Assembly: GCA_010909165.1 (NCBI GenBank) | Contig: MU008180.1 | Location: forward strand, 1-53,881 | DNA from: Anthoceros angustus | Taxonomy: Eukaryota; Plantae; Anthocerotophyta | Direction: 5' to 3' | Length of the DNA stretch: 53,881 nt | In this document: in pieces, positions 37,085 through 50,809 of the stretch | Position numbering within the stretch: position 1 is the stretch's first letter | Layout of the letters: each line of letters opens with the position of its first letter | Notes under the pieces: generated by a model | What the model saw: the letters and a program-made list of their open reading frames with translations, nothing else | Database searches by the model: none | What the model was told of the DNA's origin: nothing | Made by a program: the position numbers and the translations under genes

Positions 37085-37599
37085 AGGTCTCACCTTTTAT
37101 GAGGGTTCAGGCGTTGGAAATTGACATGACCTAAGCGACAATGCAAGGCTGAGTAGATGGTGTTCTTGCAATGTGGACATAAGAGTTTGTCGATTGGTTG
37201 CGGTGGAGACATCTAGCAAGTAGAGATCATGGGCGAGGTTCCGCTAAAGAGATTACGACTGACTTGGTGATGGTACACCCTTGCTGGTCAAAAACACGCA
37301 GTTGTGGTCTACAGGCCAACTTTATAGCCGGACATGAGATTCTTAGTCATTGAAGGTACATAAAGTACATCACTCAAAATGAGATGAGAGGAGTTTGGCG
37401 GAAAAGTTGTGGCAGAACTTTTCTTGATGGAGAGCCCACTATCATCACCGGAAGAACAAAGCTGCATCATCATTTGGAATGGCGCGGAAGCAGACTTGTT
37501 GAAACAAATGTATTTGTAGTAGCACGAATCTAAGAACGGAGGTGGGCAGTGCGGATAGTGGATAATTGTTGCCGGGATGGTAGGTTGCTTAGCTTTGCT

Positions 37600-38910
37600 C
37601 ATAGTGAGGTTGCTCTGCGGTGCCTTCTCGTGGCTCTCCTTGTTTCTTCTTACGCAGTCCTAGCTCATAATGGCCGAAATTTTACACCAATTGCAAACAA
37701 AGGTCTTCTTGGCGTTGTTGCTATTAGAGGCCAGCAGTGATTGAGTGGGAAGCCACGTCCCTCCCTGAAGCCGCCATCACGTCCTGCGGAAGCGGCACCC
37801 TTGCTCCACCGGATGAACTTGAGCACATGGCTTGTGAAATGCCGAGAACATTCTTCTGAGTGCTCAATAACTTCCTCAAGGTGGCGGTGGAGTTTGGCTG
37901 CTGCGGTTGCCTTGGCTTGAATGGTCACATCTCGCTAGCGCTCCTTCTTCTCGAGGCCAGAAACAAGACCACCCCCAACACACAAATCAGCGTTAGGCTC
38001 GGGCGCGCCTGCTTCGCCAATTTCCTCGTGATTTCTCGGGGCAGAAGCGCGCGATAGGTAGTCGCGATTCTTCTTCCACTCTCAAGTTCTTCAACCTTGC
38101 GCCTCCGGCGCCCCAACCTCGTGCCTCTTGCCCTTGGCGGCTCCTTCCGGCACTATAGCGTGCCGCTCTATTCTTGCAGTGTTGAGGCCCCTCGATGTTC
38201 AGGCTCGGTGCACTGTCTCCTTTCCTCTTGCCTAGGGTTTCCTCCTTCGCTCACCTTGCCACCCGGCTCCCCTTTTACGCAAGTCGCGATCGCAGCAATA
38301 GCAACTTCCTTTTCTTCTCTTTCTCGCGCTTCCCTTACGCTCCGGCTCAGTCTGGTCTTTTGAAGGAGGGGCCTCGGCTCGAAGAGGAAGTTGGCGCCCC
38401 AAAGCGCACTTTATACTGTGGATTCTGCCACAGGCTTCCCAACCTAGTTGGGTCATCATTAATTACCTAATCTAAAGCGCCTATTTTCCCTCACGCCGCT
38501 CTCGCTTCGTTGTTAGCTTGCTAATTATTCTACATATTTATTCCCTATTGGTGAGCATATATAGTGGATATCCCCTATATTAATTTCTTTTCCTAGCGAG
38601 ATCTGTTGACCTACCGCGGTGATACACTTGCGCTTCCATGATGATGCCTCCTTTTCTCGACCTACGTAGTGTGGCGACCCTCTGTTGTAGTCTGACTCTG
38701 AATGCTTCGAGGCGCCCTTACGCGCCTCTGCAGGGGTCATTTTGACCGTCCTTTTTCTGGGATATCCTCTTGACTTCCTAACAATATCCTACAACTCGAC
38801 GGGGCTTCTCGGAAAGTTTCGGCATGCTCCTCTTTAGTCGTTTCTAGCCAAAAAAATCAAACTTGTTTGTCCTCAGCTCTTTTGAATTTGGTTGCCCAAA
38901 CTTTTGCGTT
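37600..38910 (+). mobile_element. Family D segment, copy 2 (LTR-end repeat 38515-38910 plus weaker upstream homology to 10.9-11.4 kb)
   Basis: Clear alignment of 38515-38910 to 11445-11803; upstream pyrimidine-rich similarity is weaker. Confidence 0.7.
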
Positions 38911-38929
38911 CCGCGATTTATCTTACGTG

Positions 38930-40300
38930 CTGATATACTTAACCTTTACTATTCCTCTCTCGCATCCGGATGTAGTGATGATAGAGCTCTATATGTTTAG
39001 TCCTAGCATGAAACCTAGGGTTAGCAACTAAAGCTATAGCACCCATATTATCACGAGCGGACTAGTAGGACGATTGTGATTGATTCTGAATCAAGAAATT
39101 GGCGTTCCACTCGGCCTCCTTGCAAGCATCATCGGGGCTTTGTACTCGGCTTCGGTGAAGACAAAGCAGAAGCTTGTTTCTTGCAACTCAACTACGAGAC
39201 CAGAGGCATAAGGAAACAATAGCGAGAGAGACTCTTTCGGCGTATCGGCATTGGATGCCCAATCGGCATACAAAAGAGGTCGATAAAGTGACTTGCTCCC
39301 ACTTGCTGAATATTGTAAACCAAAATAGTGCCCTTGATATAACGATAATATGTTTAACGGTATCGATTAATGCGTCAGGGCTGCTTAAGGCTGCGAAACC
39401 ATACTAACATGTAGGCGATGTCGGTCAGTCCAGTTGGCGGAAAATCAAGCAACCGGCGGCCTGCGCAAGGAGATGCCATATCTTTAAGATCTGCGCACTC
39501 GAGGAGCTTGATCTATACTAAGCTTTTCCCCAACTGCGGAGAATCGTCGTAAGTCGGCCTCATCCATATGAAAGCGTTTAAAATTTCTTTGATGTACTTA
39601 GTTTGATGAAGAATAATGTGGCTGCAACCTGTGGCCGCAAAATCGGATGCTAAGGCGAGCTGCAGATCCCCTTGATCGGTCATTTCAAACTCGGCCCGAG
39701 CATTGTCTTAACTTTCTCTAGTTAGGAGTACTATTCTAGAAGAGCGCAATCATCCACGTAAAGTGCGAGAACAACAAAAGACCACCACAGGAAAGGTAAA
39801 ACACATTGTTGTCCATGAGAGATTGTAGAAAACCGAGCTTCTTCAAGTACTTCACAATCCATATACCATGCTCTTGGACTTTGTTTCAAGTAAATAGTCT
39901 TTAGCGACTTGCAAACTTTCCTAGCCCATTTTTTGTTGATGAAGCCTTGGTTCTTGCATGTATAACATCCTTCTTCTAACTCCCCATGCGGAGAAAGGTA
40001 CATCGTCCATTTGTTGGACTTCAAGGTCATACTTTCGGCTAACTAACAACATGAAGGTGGCTTCTAGCCGGTGAGAAGGTATCGCCATAATCAATACAGT
40101 ATTTGACTAAGCGACCAAGCGTGATTTGTATCTAGTCATTCCATCCGATTTAAGCTTGGTCTTGAAGACCCACTTGATAATAGGTTTCCTACCGGTGGAA
40201 GATCAACAAGTTCCCAAGTGTTATTCTTCATAGAAATTGTACTCATCATCAATTGAAATCCGTAATGGTGTCCATCGGTCCATGAATTGCTTCCTCATGG
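38930..40300 (-). pseudogene. Copia element 3 RT and RNase H remnant
   Basis: NNTWELVDLPP, KWVFKTKLKSDG, LKQSPRAWY, LALYVDD, YADWAS, TEAEYKA, GAIALVANPRFHARTKHIE. Confidence 0.92.
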
Positions 40301-40499
40301 GATTGCGGATCGGGGCGGATCTCCCCTACTCCACGATTCGAGCGCCTATCATGCGGCTGCGTTGATTACATACCGATTGCATTATTTATTGCGCCTCTTC
40401 CCAGTCCTCCGTATCTTTGTACAAACCCTAGCAACGCTCCGGTTGGCTCTCTTCATCAGATTAAGCGCCTTTCCATCATGACGGGTGTTGGCACCTCAA

Positions 40500-43400
40500 A
40501 CTCTACGGCATAACGGGTGAGTGCCCATGTGCCCGATGTCTGAGTTCGGCGTGTTACCTTCTCTGCCGTTACGAGCGCCCATAGCGCGATGGTAGCTTTG
40601 TATCGATCGTGCGCATAGTTAACGTAAGCTTATTGAGGATGCGGCGGATAAGTCCATTGGTCTTCTCCGTCAATCCGTTGGCCTTGGGTTGTAGGGGCGT
40701 TTCGATGTGTGATGCGAAATAGTCCGTCATTGCGTTATCACATCATTGAGGAAATGGGTTCCCCTATCACCGGTACCAGCGGACACCCATACCTTGTGAT
40801 GATGTTTTCGTGAGGAATTTGGCCACCGTGCTCGCGAGTCCGTTCTAGTAGCGGCCGCCACCCACACAGTGCGATCGTTGCCACCAAGATGTACCGCTTT
40901 TGTGTGTGCCTCGTCGTTGGTATATGGGTCCAGCGAGTCGATGCCCACTTCTCAAAAGGCGCTAGTGCTAGTATGGGCACTAACGGCCATTGTTGTGGCG
41001 TCGGCTTCCTCGACAAGCATCACACTTCTTCACAATTGGTGTGTTTCCCCATACATGGTGGGCCACGAGACCTCAAGATTTTCTTGGTGGTGACTGTATG
41101 CATAATGTCCACCACCTAGTCCTTGCATCCCTTTATTACCACCTCCGTTTCCGCTTTGTTGGAGGTACCTTCGTTCCGCCACCTTAAAGATGCACGTTAT
41201 ACAAGAAAAGGCGTGCACAAAGGCTGCGTGGACTTCGTTCGTTTGGTAGCTCCATCTCCCATAGGTACGTTCCAACTCCATAAGAGGGCCGCCCTGCGTC
41301 GCTCCCCTTCTCCGCTTCTGCCGTGGGTCCATTTTCCCCGGCTTAGGGTTTGTCCGTGTGCTCCTACCTCCTCCTCTATCGCTGCCACCAATTCCTCATC
41401 CGGGTCCTCCTCGATCCTGCGGGCAGGCTCTCTTTAATCTGGACAAGAAGTCGGTTTTTGGTGTTGCCGCCTTGCCTAGTCTCCACCTCAAATGTGAACT
41501 CCTGGCAACAGAATCCACCTCGCGTCAGGACAAGTGCCTTGTTCACCAAAGTGCTTGGTAGCAGTGATCAACATAGAAACACAAACTCATTGGGCGGAAG
41601 GTAGTGTCGAATTTCTTAGCACGTATACCATTATGCCTCTCGCTCCGTAGTAGTGTACCTCGTTCGCGTCGTGCTGTCTTCGCGTAGTAGATTGGGTGAT
41701 CCCTCGTTTATCATCTTTTGGTGAGCACTACTCGATGGGTGACACATCCATACACATGGAATCGCTTCCCCGGTCCGGTCCTTTGGTCTTGGGGGCGGCA
41801 GTGGTGCGGGGTCTCGAATGCCGCCTCCCTTTACGGCGTCCGGTCCATTCCTCCTCCTTCCTGAGTAGCTCCGTTAGCTTGGAGGCCCGCTTTGCAAAAT
41901 CTTGGATGAAACGCCTATAGTAACCCACCATGCCCAGGAATCCCGTAACTCCTTCAAGTTCGTGGTGCGAGTGGATGACTTTCACCTTGTCTTGGTCCAC
42001 CTCTATCCCTCCTCGGTGCCCAACAAGATTCCCTCTGTCATGCAGTAGCATTTCTCGGGATGAGCGCAGTTGAGTCTCCTACATCGTTCCAAACACTTCC
42101 ATAAATGTCCACGTGTTTGTCCTCCTCTCCGTGCACAGTCGTCCAAGAACACCTCCATGAAGTCCCTCGGAATTCCGGAAGGCGTTGGTCACCATCCGCG
42201 CATAAATGATCCGGGTGCTCTGTCATCCGAAGGCACTTGTTTGTAGGGCGTCCCCACTCCGTGGTGAATGTTGTCTTATCGGTCAGCTCCCTTAGGTGCG
42301 GTGGTTGTGGCCGGAGTAGCCATCAAGAAGGAGTAGGTACTCTCACCACCTTGTCCGATATGTCGTCCACAAAGGGCATGGGAAATGGTCCTTTCGTGGC
42401 GGCGTTAAGCTTTCTCCAATCTGAGACCGAATCTCGCCTGCTTCTTGACGACCACAATGGGCGCCACCCACTCCATTCACGATTGGGAAGATGATGTCGC
42501 TTCCGGATACTTATCCGGGACTTCCTTGACCTTGGCGAGTGCTTGGGATTGATTTATCTTGCCTAATCGAGCAGGCACCGCTCAGCTTCAGATCTATCCG
42601 GTGTTAGCCTTTGTTTGAATGCCCTTCATGTCGTGACCTTGAAAGCGAACACCTCATTGAATTCCCCAACAAGCGTGAGGTCTTGTTTTAACTCCGATGG
42701 CATACCCTTGCGGAATTTTGAATTTCCGGCGAACCTCCACGTCTTCCACATCGTCGGGTTGTAGTCTCTTTCCCTCGCTTCACTCGTCCAAAGCCATCAT
42801 CCTCCATCAGGGTTCATCTTCACGCATTCCCCATTCTCGGAAGAGTTCTCGAGTGAACCGGGTTACTTCTTGAGTCCTCCTCATCCGGAGGTTCCCCGCC
42901 TTTGTCCTCCCTTGACTTCCACTTGAAGCAATGATCACCTCGCTCCAAAGTGTCCCTCCGGTAATCCATCTTCTTCTTGGACCACGAGATTTTGGGAAAG
43001 GGTAGTCCTCATTCGTATCCTCGCGCTCATCGTCCCCACTTGTCTTGACGGAGGTGTACCCCTCAGTGGTGCCGGTTTCACGTATGTGTCCTTACTCCAG
43101 TGTCGCTACGTCCTTCCCTCACCTTGGATCCCGTCCAGCAAGTGTATTTCCTTCCGTCCAGTGTAGTTTTGTCGGCGGTGCCAAGGCGCTAGCGGGACCT
43201 CGTACCCCGGAGGTCCGTGTGATGACGACAAATCTAATGTATAGGGGCTCGCTATGGTGGCTTGGACTCGGGACAACTCCCTGGCGCTCGCGCGTATCGC
43301 CATCACGAGGGTTTTGGTGGATGGCTCGAAGGTGGTGAACCCGTCTTGCGGTGGCCTCGGTGATGAGGTTCACTCGACCCGTGTCTAGAGCACGTTTTTA

Positions 43401-45500
43401 ATTACACACCGCAATTTCCACACCACTGGGCGCCCGTATGAGATACTACCCTTACCTCCACGTTCTTGCCCTTAGGGCCAAGTTTGCGTGGTTGCGTTCC
43501 ACGATGGCCTTCCGGACTTCACAGCCGATGCCGGGTTGTCTTTTAACAAGCGCCTAAGGGACACCAAGTGTTGTTGGTCCATCATCAAGTCGGCCACCTT
43601 GAAAGGCGGGTGGTTCTCCTCTGTTGCGTCACGCCTTGACTCCTCCGGTTTTTGCCACTGGTGGTCGGACTCTGTCGGGTTCTTCTTGAAGCATCTCGGT
43701 CACTTCTCGGACCACATTGGAAGCTGCGGGTGTTGCCTTGGGTGAGTCCGCTTCTCCCATTTTTGGTTTGGTTCTTCTCTTGGCGGCTGCCCGGTTAACT
43801 TCGTCCTCTTTGGCGGGTTCGGCTTCCTTCGCAGTGTTAGTCCTCCGTGTCCGTGGGACTATCCCCATTTTCTTCCTCTTAATGTCTCCTTTTCCTTCGC
43901 TCCTTTCGGACTCGGGTTGACACTTCCGGTACCTCAGTCCGCCTTCTCCTCCTTAGCGAACTTGCTTGTACCACCTCGTTAGCTCCCTGGTGCCTCCTCC
44001 CTCCACTGTCGTCTTCAATTTGTACAGGCGCGCCTTAGGGAGAGGCGTGGCGGTGGCTCCCAGCGGGTGGCGTGGCCGCCGTCCTGCGAGGACACAAGTC
44101 TTACGCCATGTGCCTGCACCTTCAATCTCCACAGGCGTTCAAAGTCCCGTTGCCTTGCCAGTGGGGTATGGGACGCGTTGGAGTAGTGCGGGGTTCCCCA
44201 GTTCCAAGACCACCGCCGAGAATTCTGGAGGGGCTCCCATGCGGTCTTGCATCGGAGGTCGATGCAGACGGACCAGCTGTGGGGTACATCGTCACGGATC
44301 TGGTCCGGTTGTGCTTCTTGCACTTGGTATGCATCCTCCCCATTCCTCGGACTCTTCCCGTAGTCATACTCCACAGTTCCGGGTGCGGAGGCGGTTGGCC
44401 GAATGCCCATGTTGGTGACACACCGCACAGATGAGTCACGGACCGTGGTGGCCGCCTTACGCCGTTCTTTATCCTTCACGGTTGATCGTCAACTCCTCCA
44501 CCCTCTTCATTACCGTTCTAGATCTTCCCTCGCTACTTCCTTCAAAGGAGCTGGGTCGGGACCTCTCGTCATGCGGGCATCATGACCTCCTTCTTTTCCA
44601 CCCTCCGCGACTACGGGCTTCTTCTTCTTATTTTTTGGCGGGGTTCTTCTTCTTCCATGACTCCTCAGTTCTTCTTGAGTCCTCTTCCTCTTCCTCGGTA
44701 CCTCGGTCTCATCATCCTCCTCGTCAGGGTTCTTCATCTTGTCCGACCCGTTCTTCTTTTTCTTCTTTCCTCCTGGAGGAGTCCTCGGCCGTCGTTGGTG
44801 CATTCGATTCTTCATAGTTTCGGACCGCCTTGCTCACATCTTCTCAAGCGGCGTGCTTAGCCATTGGCTTGGATAAGCGGTGCGAACCAACCGCTTTGCA
44901 TGGTAGTGTGAGTGGGGTCGGTCCGCGGAGCGTAGAATTCGATGTCGATCCCAACTTCTCCGTCTTTCCTCGCTTGGGTTCTCGAGTTTGGACAAGGCGT
45001 AGCCTTCTTGATCGATTCGGAATCTTTCTAGAAGGCATCCTTCAATCTTGAAGGTTGCGGGGGTGCGTTACAGGCGGTACTTCCTCGATACCAGCAGGCA
45101 TGTCCGGACCCCTTGGAGCAGTGAAATTGCGCATCCGAACCTTCTCCGTTGAAGTTTGCGAAATCCTCCACGAAGGTTTGCGTCTCTCTCCTTCTTACCT
45201 CCAAAGAGAATCGCTTGCTTTCGGCGTTGTTGCCATCGCGCGATCGTGAGGATGAGGAACCGCCACCACGACTTGGTCTGCTTCCTCCTCTCGATCCGAC
45301 AACTCCACCCACGCTTACGGTTGGTGTCCCTGCCTCGAGCTCGTCGTCTCTCGCTCGGGCGCTCGCGATCTGGCGTCCGACTCTCGATTGTCTTAACTAC
45401 CTCCGTCCTCACGCATCCACGCTTGCGGAGCGATTTCATTCCCGAGCAGCGCCAAAATGTGCGCGACTTTTCGAGCCGGTAGGCGCACAATCCGTGTCGT
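40500..45500 (-). mobile_element. Decayed non-chromovirus gypsy gag-pol (gag, protease, RT, RNase H, integrase)
   Basis: Protease LDTG..VNLITEATAR (~43350-43395); RT WVAPIVVVKK, DWRKLNAATK, DKTTFTTEWG, GFLGMVGYYRRFIQDFAK; RNase H YTTTERE; INT WPLVPILALAPFEKW, ENIITRYGCP, DRGTHFLN. Confidence 0.92.
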
Positions 45501-45899
45501 TGTAGGAAGAAGTCCGTTCCCCAAAGGAATGATAGCTCCGTTTGCGGCGTTTGGTGATTCTCGTCTTACTTTGCGTCCGTTCGGTTCGCGCACACCTCCT
45601 CGTTCACGTCCTACTCGCGACAAACACCGCCGGGCCGGTATGGCCAAGCGTTTAAGGACCGTTCGTCCGTATCGTTCGTCCTCACACTCTCGTCCTTTCC
45701 TCTCTCCCTCACGCTACACTTATCGGTCTTAGGAAGGCAGCGGGTTACAGGACCTCCTCGTCGTTCCGGGCCTCTCGTCCGGGCTCTGCCGCCCCTCCGG
45801 GTCCCTCCGGCTCACGTTCGGTCCGTTCGGCGGGCGCGGCTCGGGCGAGCACGGGTCCCCGATCACCCTTCCACGCACACACCACAACACGTTAGGTCC

Positions 45900-46288
45900 G
45901 TCACGGGACCACATCAATCTCCGGGGTATCGTGCGCTTTCGGTGACTCGGGACTCACGTTAGAAGACACACAAAGGTGCGCAGAGCAGCGGCATCAACAC
46001 CAAGAAGATGATTTATTGAGCGGCCTGACCCTCTTATACTACGCCGTCGGGCGTCTTTATTACACCTATTACGGTGATGGCCATTTCGGTATCGGCCGCC
46101 TACCATCCTATTCCTCCTCTCCTTCGCCTGGAAGGTCAGGTTCCGCCTTGGGATTGGTGGTCCAATCTCCCGTCACGGCAGTTGCGCGCAATCGGATGAT
46201 CCGGCGGGACCCCTCCTCTCTCCGGAATCACAGCCGGGTTGGGCTGGCGTGATCGGCGACGCCCGTTACCACACGTCATCCTCCCACA
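45900..46288 (-). repeat. Family A LTR lying between the extra ORF and the downstream gag-pol
   Basis: Purine tract GGGGAGGC (46289-46296) then TGTGGGAGG start; TATAAG (46033-46038) and AATAAA (46012-46017); first part aligns to 22670-22790. 3' boundary not defined. Confidence 0.6.
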
Positions 46289-46719
46289 GCCTCCCCGTGG
46301 GTCCCCCCTCGGTGGGGCCTCTATCTGCTCCCCTAGCGTAAGTCGAAGGGGCTCCTCCTTCTTTGTCGGACCTCGAGGTCGGTCTCGACTCCGTGAACTC
46401 CGGTCAGGCTTATTTCCCAGTCCCGGTGGGTCGGCCTCGTCTCTGAGGTTCGGACCTCGGTCCGAACTTCGGTCCGGTCCCCTCGGACCCCTTCACTGGA
46501 CCTCTGCTAGGTCCTCCCTACCCAGACCCTTGTCTTGGGTGGGGTTGGCTCCTCCTTCCTCCTCCTTCGGGCCCCACCTCTTCTCCCGGCGGGTTGGTGG
46601 GAACTTACCAGGGTTGTCTGCCCTCTCTCCTCTTGCTCCTCTCCCGCCGTCGTCTCCAAGCAGGGGCCCTAGGGTCCCCGTCTTGTCCCGTGCCCTTCTT
46701 CCCCTCAGGCCTTCCGGTC

Positions 46720-49266
46720 CGTCTATTTGAGGCCTCAGGAGCTCGGTGTGGTAATAGGCAAAGTCGAATCCACTTGTTGGATTGCCTCTTCCACGTGTGC
46801 GGGCACCCGTACTCCCTTCGCCATAGGTGCTCGGGGGTGGCGTCTTGCCGCTTGTTGGACCACCTCCCCTTTGATAGTGGGCCTTCCTTGAGGCTCGCTC
46901 GGTCACCTCCCTTGATTGTTGCTCCTGCTCCAACTCCCTTCGTTCGCTCGCTTGCCCGCCATAACGTTCCCGCCTTCCTCAGCTGGACGGCTTCTTATTT
47001 TCGGTGCCCTCGCTCTCCTTCATTACATGCTCGCCATCTCCCTCTCAGACGGTCGGGCAACTCTGCCCAGCCCCTTGAGCCCTTCTCCATCTCGGCGTCA
47101 CCTCCCTGTTCCATCGCCGCCTCCGTCATGCAGGCGCCGCTCTATTTCCGGTCGCGACCATGTCTATATTCCATTCCTCTAATTTGGGCTGACTCAAAGT
47201 CTCCTTCGGTCTTCCATCTCCACTTGCTTGCTCCACCTCCGGTGAGTGGAGATCCTCCATCTGTCGCGAACTTCCTTGGCTGGTGGTCCGCTTGCTCCGC
47301 CACCTCCTGCTCCATCTTGAGGCGATGGGCGCTCTATCTCACTCGAAGTCTTGGATTCTCGTTGAGAACCCCTTCTTTGCTCCAGCGTCTTGGGTTGTAA
47401 CTCCAAGGTGTCCTTCATCCTCCTCCCCTCCCTTCTACCTCCTGCAGTGCAGAGGGTCCCGATTTCCGGTCTTTGGCCTCAGTGTTCTGCCGGCTCGTCG
47501 TGCTTGCTCCTTGCTGCTCGGCCTTGATTGGCCGTGGCTCTAGCCTCCCTCCGGTTCGATCACGATGAGTGATCGCGATCGCGCCGTGGCCTCGCCTCCT
47601 TGGCCACCTTCACTGAGCCTCTCCAGCTTGGCTCGGTCTGGTCAGGCCGCCTCCGCGGTCCAGCCCTCTCCGCTTCGCGGGCCTCTTCGCCTCTGCTGCG
47701 CTACCCCCCTCACTGCGGTCCTCGGCCAGCTTGGGCCTCCTTAGCACCTTGGTCTCCTCCGGTGAAGGAATTTAGTCGGTCCTTGCGGATGGACGGACTT
47801 CCCTCTCGGCCTCCGGCGTTTCCCTTCCTCAATCGGCCGAGGCCTTCCTTCCTTGCCTCCTGGGCCCCTCAAGCACTCTGGAGGAGTACCATGCGCCTCG
47901 GGTGGCTTCTACCTCACAGGTCTTCTCGGCCATCCCGGAGACCCCAAAGCATACTCCATGGCGGTAGCAGGGACCGCCGTGTTTCTTCCACGGCGGAGTG
48001 AGGCTCCCACAAAGTCCGTGGTGGGGCGGCATTTCAGATCGAGGACCTCCATACCGGTCCGAGTAAGTCGGTGGGTTCTCCGGACCTAATCGGGACCCTT
48101 AGGTCACTGAGTCTTGACTCGGAGCTTCACCCCTCCTTGGCCCTTTTGGCGAGCTCCTTCTCAGCCCTTTTTCTCACAGGGCTCGGAGGTGAGGGAGTCG
48201 GGGGCAAGCCCTTTGCCCCTTCACAGCCGGAGGCAGGACCCGGCTCGAGTGCAGTGCTGCCCGGTGTCCTCTGCTCCACAGGCGTCCTTTACGCCCCTCC
48301 TTCCTTCCTCTTCTTGCCACTCAGGTAGGCGGGGTAAGTCTTGGCACCGTCGGTGTCTGCGTTGGTAGCTCTTGCGTCTCTTGGTTCCCTCGGGTGGCGG
48401 GGCTCCTCGGTGTGGTTATGGCTGGGTTGGGGCCTCTGCTTCTGCTTGGGCTGCTCGGTTGGGGCACGGAGGAGGAGGCGGTTCTTCCATACTTCCACAG
48501 GTGGTGAGGGGTCCGTTCAGACGTATGGAGTCAAATTCCCTCGATCGTCCCTCCTCCGGGTCCGTTTGGCCTTGATCGGCCTCCCCACCTCGGGCGCCCT
48601 TGCGCTCCACTTGGCGGGGCCTCCGGTCCTTTCGGGCGCCCGCTCAAGCTCTCCTTCCTTGAGGCTCGAAATGCCCCATACATGGATCGGGTATGGGGCG
48701 GCCAGATATGAGGCTTCTCGCTCCCAGGCTTGCGGGCCTCACAGCTAAGCAAGATAATCCTTCCCAGTCGCCCTCTTCCCCGGCGCATGCGGGAATACCA
48801 GCGATTATCACCAAGGTGATCCACCTTGGTGGCGAGTTCAATGGACAATGATCGGGCTACGCCCTTACGGTCGGTATCGGATATCGGCCGTTGGTGGTCC
48901 TCTGCGTCGAGCCTCGCCGTGCGGCCCTATCTTCCCCCGCCTTGAGGGCTCGGCACCACCCCTTCTTCCTCCTTTGGGCGGTTGTAGGCCGCCCTCAGGA
49001 CCTCCAAGGTCCATCGCCTCGGGTCCTCCCGGAGGTTCTTGGACCGCACCTCCTTGTTGACCGCCGCCAACATCTTCCGGGCGAACTCCCGGACCAGAGT
49101 GACGCTGTCGAACGTCCAGACCGTCTGGAACGCATCCAGGTGCCACTCCTCCACTAATTCTCCCGCTTCCTCCAGCCAGGGCCCAAAGTCCGGATAGCGC
49201 CGGGTCACAATGTTGCGCTCCACGAGGTTCCATGGCTCCCAAACTTCATGAGCTTTTGGGTGCCAT
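46720..49266 (-). pseudogene. Extra ORF of family A, copy 3
   Basis: ATG at 49266 (one frameshift) then PKAHEVWEPWNLVERNIVTRRYPDFGPWLEEAGELVEEWHLDAFQTVWTFDSVTLVREFARKMLAA; C-terminal DFAYYHTELL. Confidence 0.72.
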
Positions 49267-49899
49267 GCTTCTCCTCCCTTTGTTCTGTAGCAGCCGGGAG
49301 GCTGGCAGCACGATGCGCCTTCTTGCCCCGCGTTGTGCTCCAACCCCAGCGGTGAGCGGCAGATGTCTGGCGTCAACGAGATAGCGCGGAAGGCGAGTGC
49401 GGGAAGGCTGCGAGGCTGATTGTCTGAGGCGCGAGTAATGACCCTCACTTATGCAGCCGGCGCCGTTGGAAATGTGCAGTGCAGGCGAGGGAGTGCCTCT
49501 TCCACATCAATGCTGCCGGGAGGCTGCATGGCTCACTCTGACTGCCCGCTTCTCCTTCAGCCACATGCGTCGCGTCTGGCGGCCTTCACGCCCAGGCGTA
49601 CTCTAGTCTCTTGGCACTTCGCGGGCGTGAATGCACCTTGTAGCGGCCCTTTGGCACCCCTCGGTCTGGTGGCATGCCGTGCCCTCCTCATTGTCTCATG
49701 CGCCCATCTGCTGAGTTACTTGGCGTGTTGTCTTATCCGGCTCGGTGTGGTGGGACACACTGATCTGGATTACGTGGGTGTCAGTCCTAACCCTTGGTGG
49801 GCCAGTCAGGTAGCTCCTCGAGATCACAGGAACCCACTCGGGGTGTAGTCAGGGGTGTTAGACCTATTCCTTCCTTTCACGCCTGTATTTCTACTTGAA

Positions 49900-50000
49900 C
49901 CTATGAAAAAAACAGAGCGACTTATTTCCCAACCCTAAAGGGAAGTCCCCAGTAGTCCACACGCAACAATCCTTCACATCGGTTGTGTGCACTGTGTACT
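49900..50000 (-). pseudogene. Probable extreme C-terminus of gypsy integrase
   Basis: Stitched YTVH...GLLRV...GDFPLGLGNKS..FFH resembles the (GP)Y.V...G...VN.SRLK.F tail; aligns with 18943-18995 which follows integrase in copy 2. Confidence 0.45.
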
Positions 50001-50809
50001 CCCTAGGGCGTCTTGGAACTGGAACTTGCTCTAAGTGTCCAGATCCACAGGAATTTGTTGTCTAGTGCACTGGGCTCTAGATGATCGTGAGAATTAGAGA
50101 AATAAAATAGATCCTCGGATCCTCGAGCGGCATACAATGCATGCTTTCCGCGTCATTGCTCTTCCGCTTCACATATTCGGATTAAATAAGCTAGAAAGCA
50201 CATTGTGGCGCTAGAAGCCTTAGGTTCCTAGAATACTGTGATAGTGCGCAATATATAGAAAGACAATGAATGGTTCTAACATATATTGGGACATTGAGCA
50301 CACTGGTGCTGCCATATACCGTGAAACTTTTGTGGCCGGAAGCTCGTTGAATTACAAGAAGGAATAAAGCAATTAATTAAAAGGTTGAATAAAAATTGTC
50401 TTAAGTACTTCAATAGCAGAAGGTGTGGACCATTCACCACTAACCAAGATCTTAAATAACTAAATAATAACTGATGTAGGTTAATAAGAACCTTCCACGA
50501 TTCTAACACATCCAAGCTGTCATGCGCTAATCATGCTTTTGTCAGCAACTTGAGAACATGCCCTAACGTCCTTGACGTAGAATGAAGAATCCAGATTATC
50601 AAGCAGGCTGCCTTAGGCTGCATCACCACCGCGCTGCGATCGCGATCGCGTAGTATAGTTATTTCCAAACCTAACATCCTTTCCTTGTAGCATCATGCGT
50701 GCTAAACCACTCTCTATGAGGGTAACATGGAAAGATGCACTGATCGATTATCAGTGCGAGAATAAATGACTATCACGGTACATTAATTATGCGGCATTCA
50801 GTAAGAAGA

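Larger units (their letters stand above)
31520..37580 (-). mobile_element. Ty1/copia element 2 (protease, integrase, RT, RNase H), interrupted by nested insertion
   Basis: FLDS...ICFNK and LSDVLYVPSMTKNLMS (37.3-37.55 kb), HCRLGHVNFQRL (~37110-37145), DNGGEYTSNAF, RSKLDPRASRHVFVGYSDEVKGYKLFDP, CKWVFKKK, LYVDD, PYRQAVGSLIY, ALTKNPVFHAKHIEISHHFIR; PPT-like AGTGGGAG at 31620-31627. Confidence 0.92.

Noticed and set aside
42700-43200. Additional archaeal-type RNase H between protease and RT (Tat-like)
   Set aside because: No RNase H motifs recognisable; appears to be an acidic linker.
45900-49968. Giant ~4-kb LTR carrying an ORF in U3, suggested by an apparent shared TG start at 18935 and 49968
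   Set aside because: The TGCCGTGGA at 18935 is integrase coding sequence (IMP..), and the following DNA looks like the integrase tail, so the shared edge is a deletion junction, not an element terminus.
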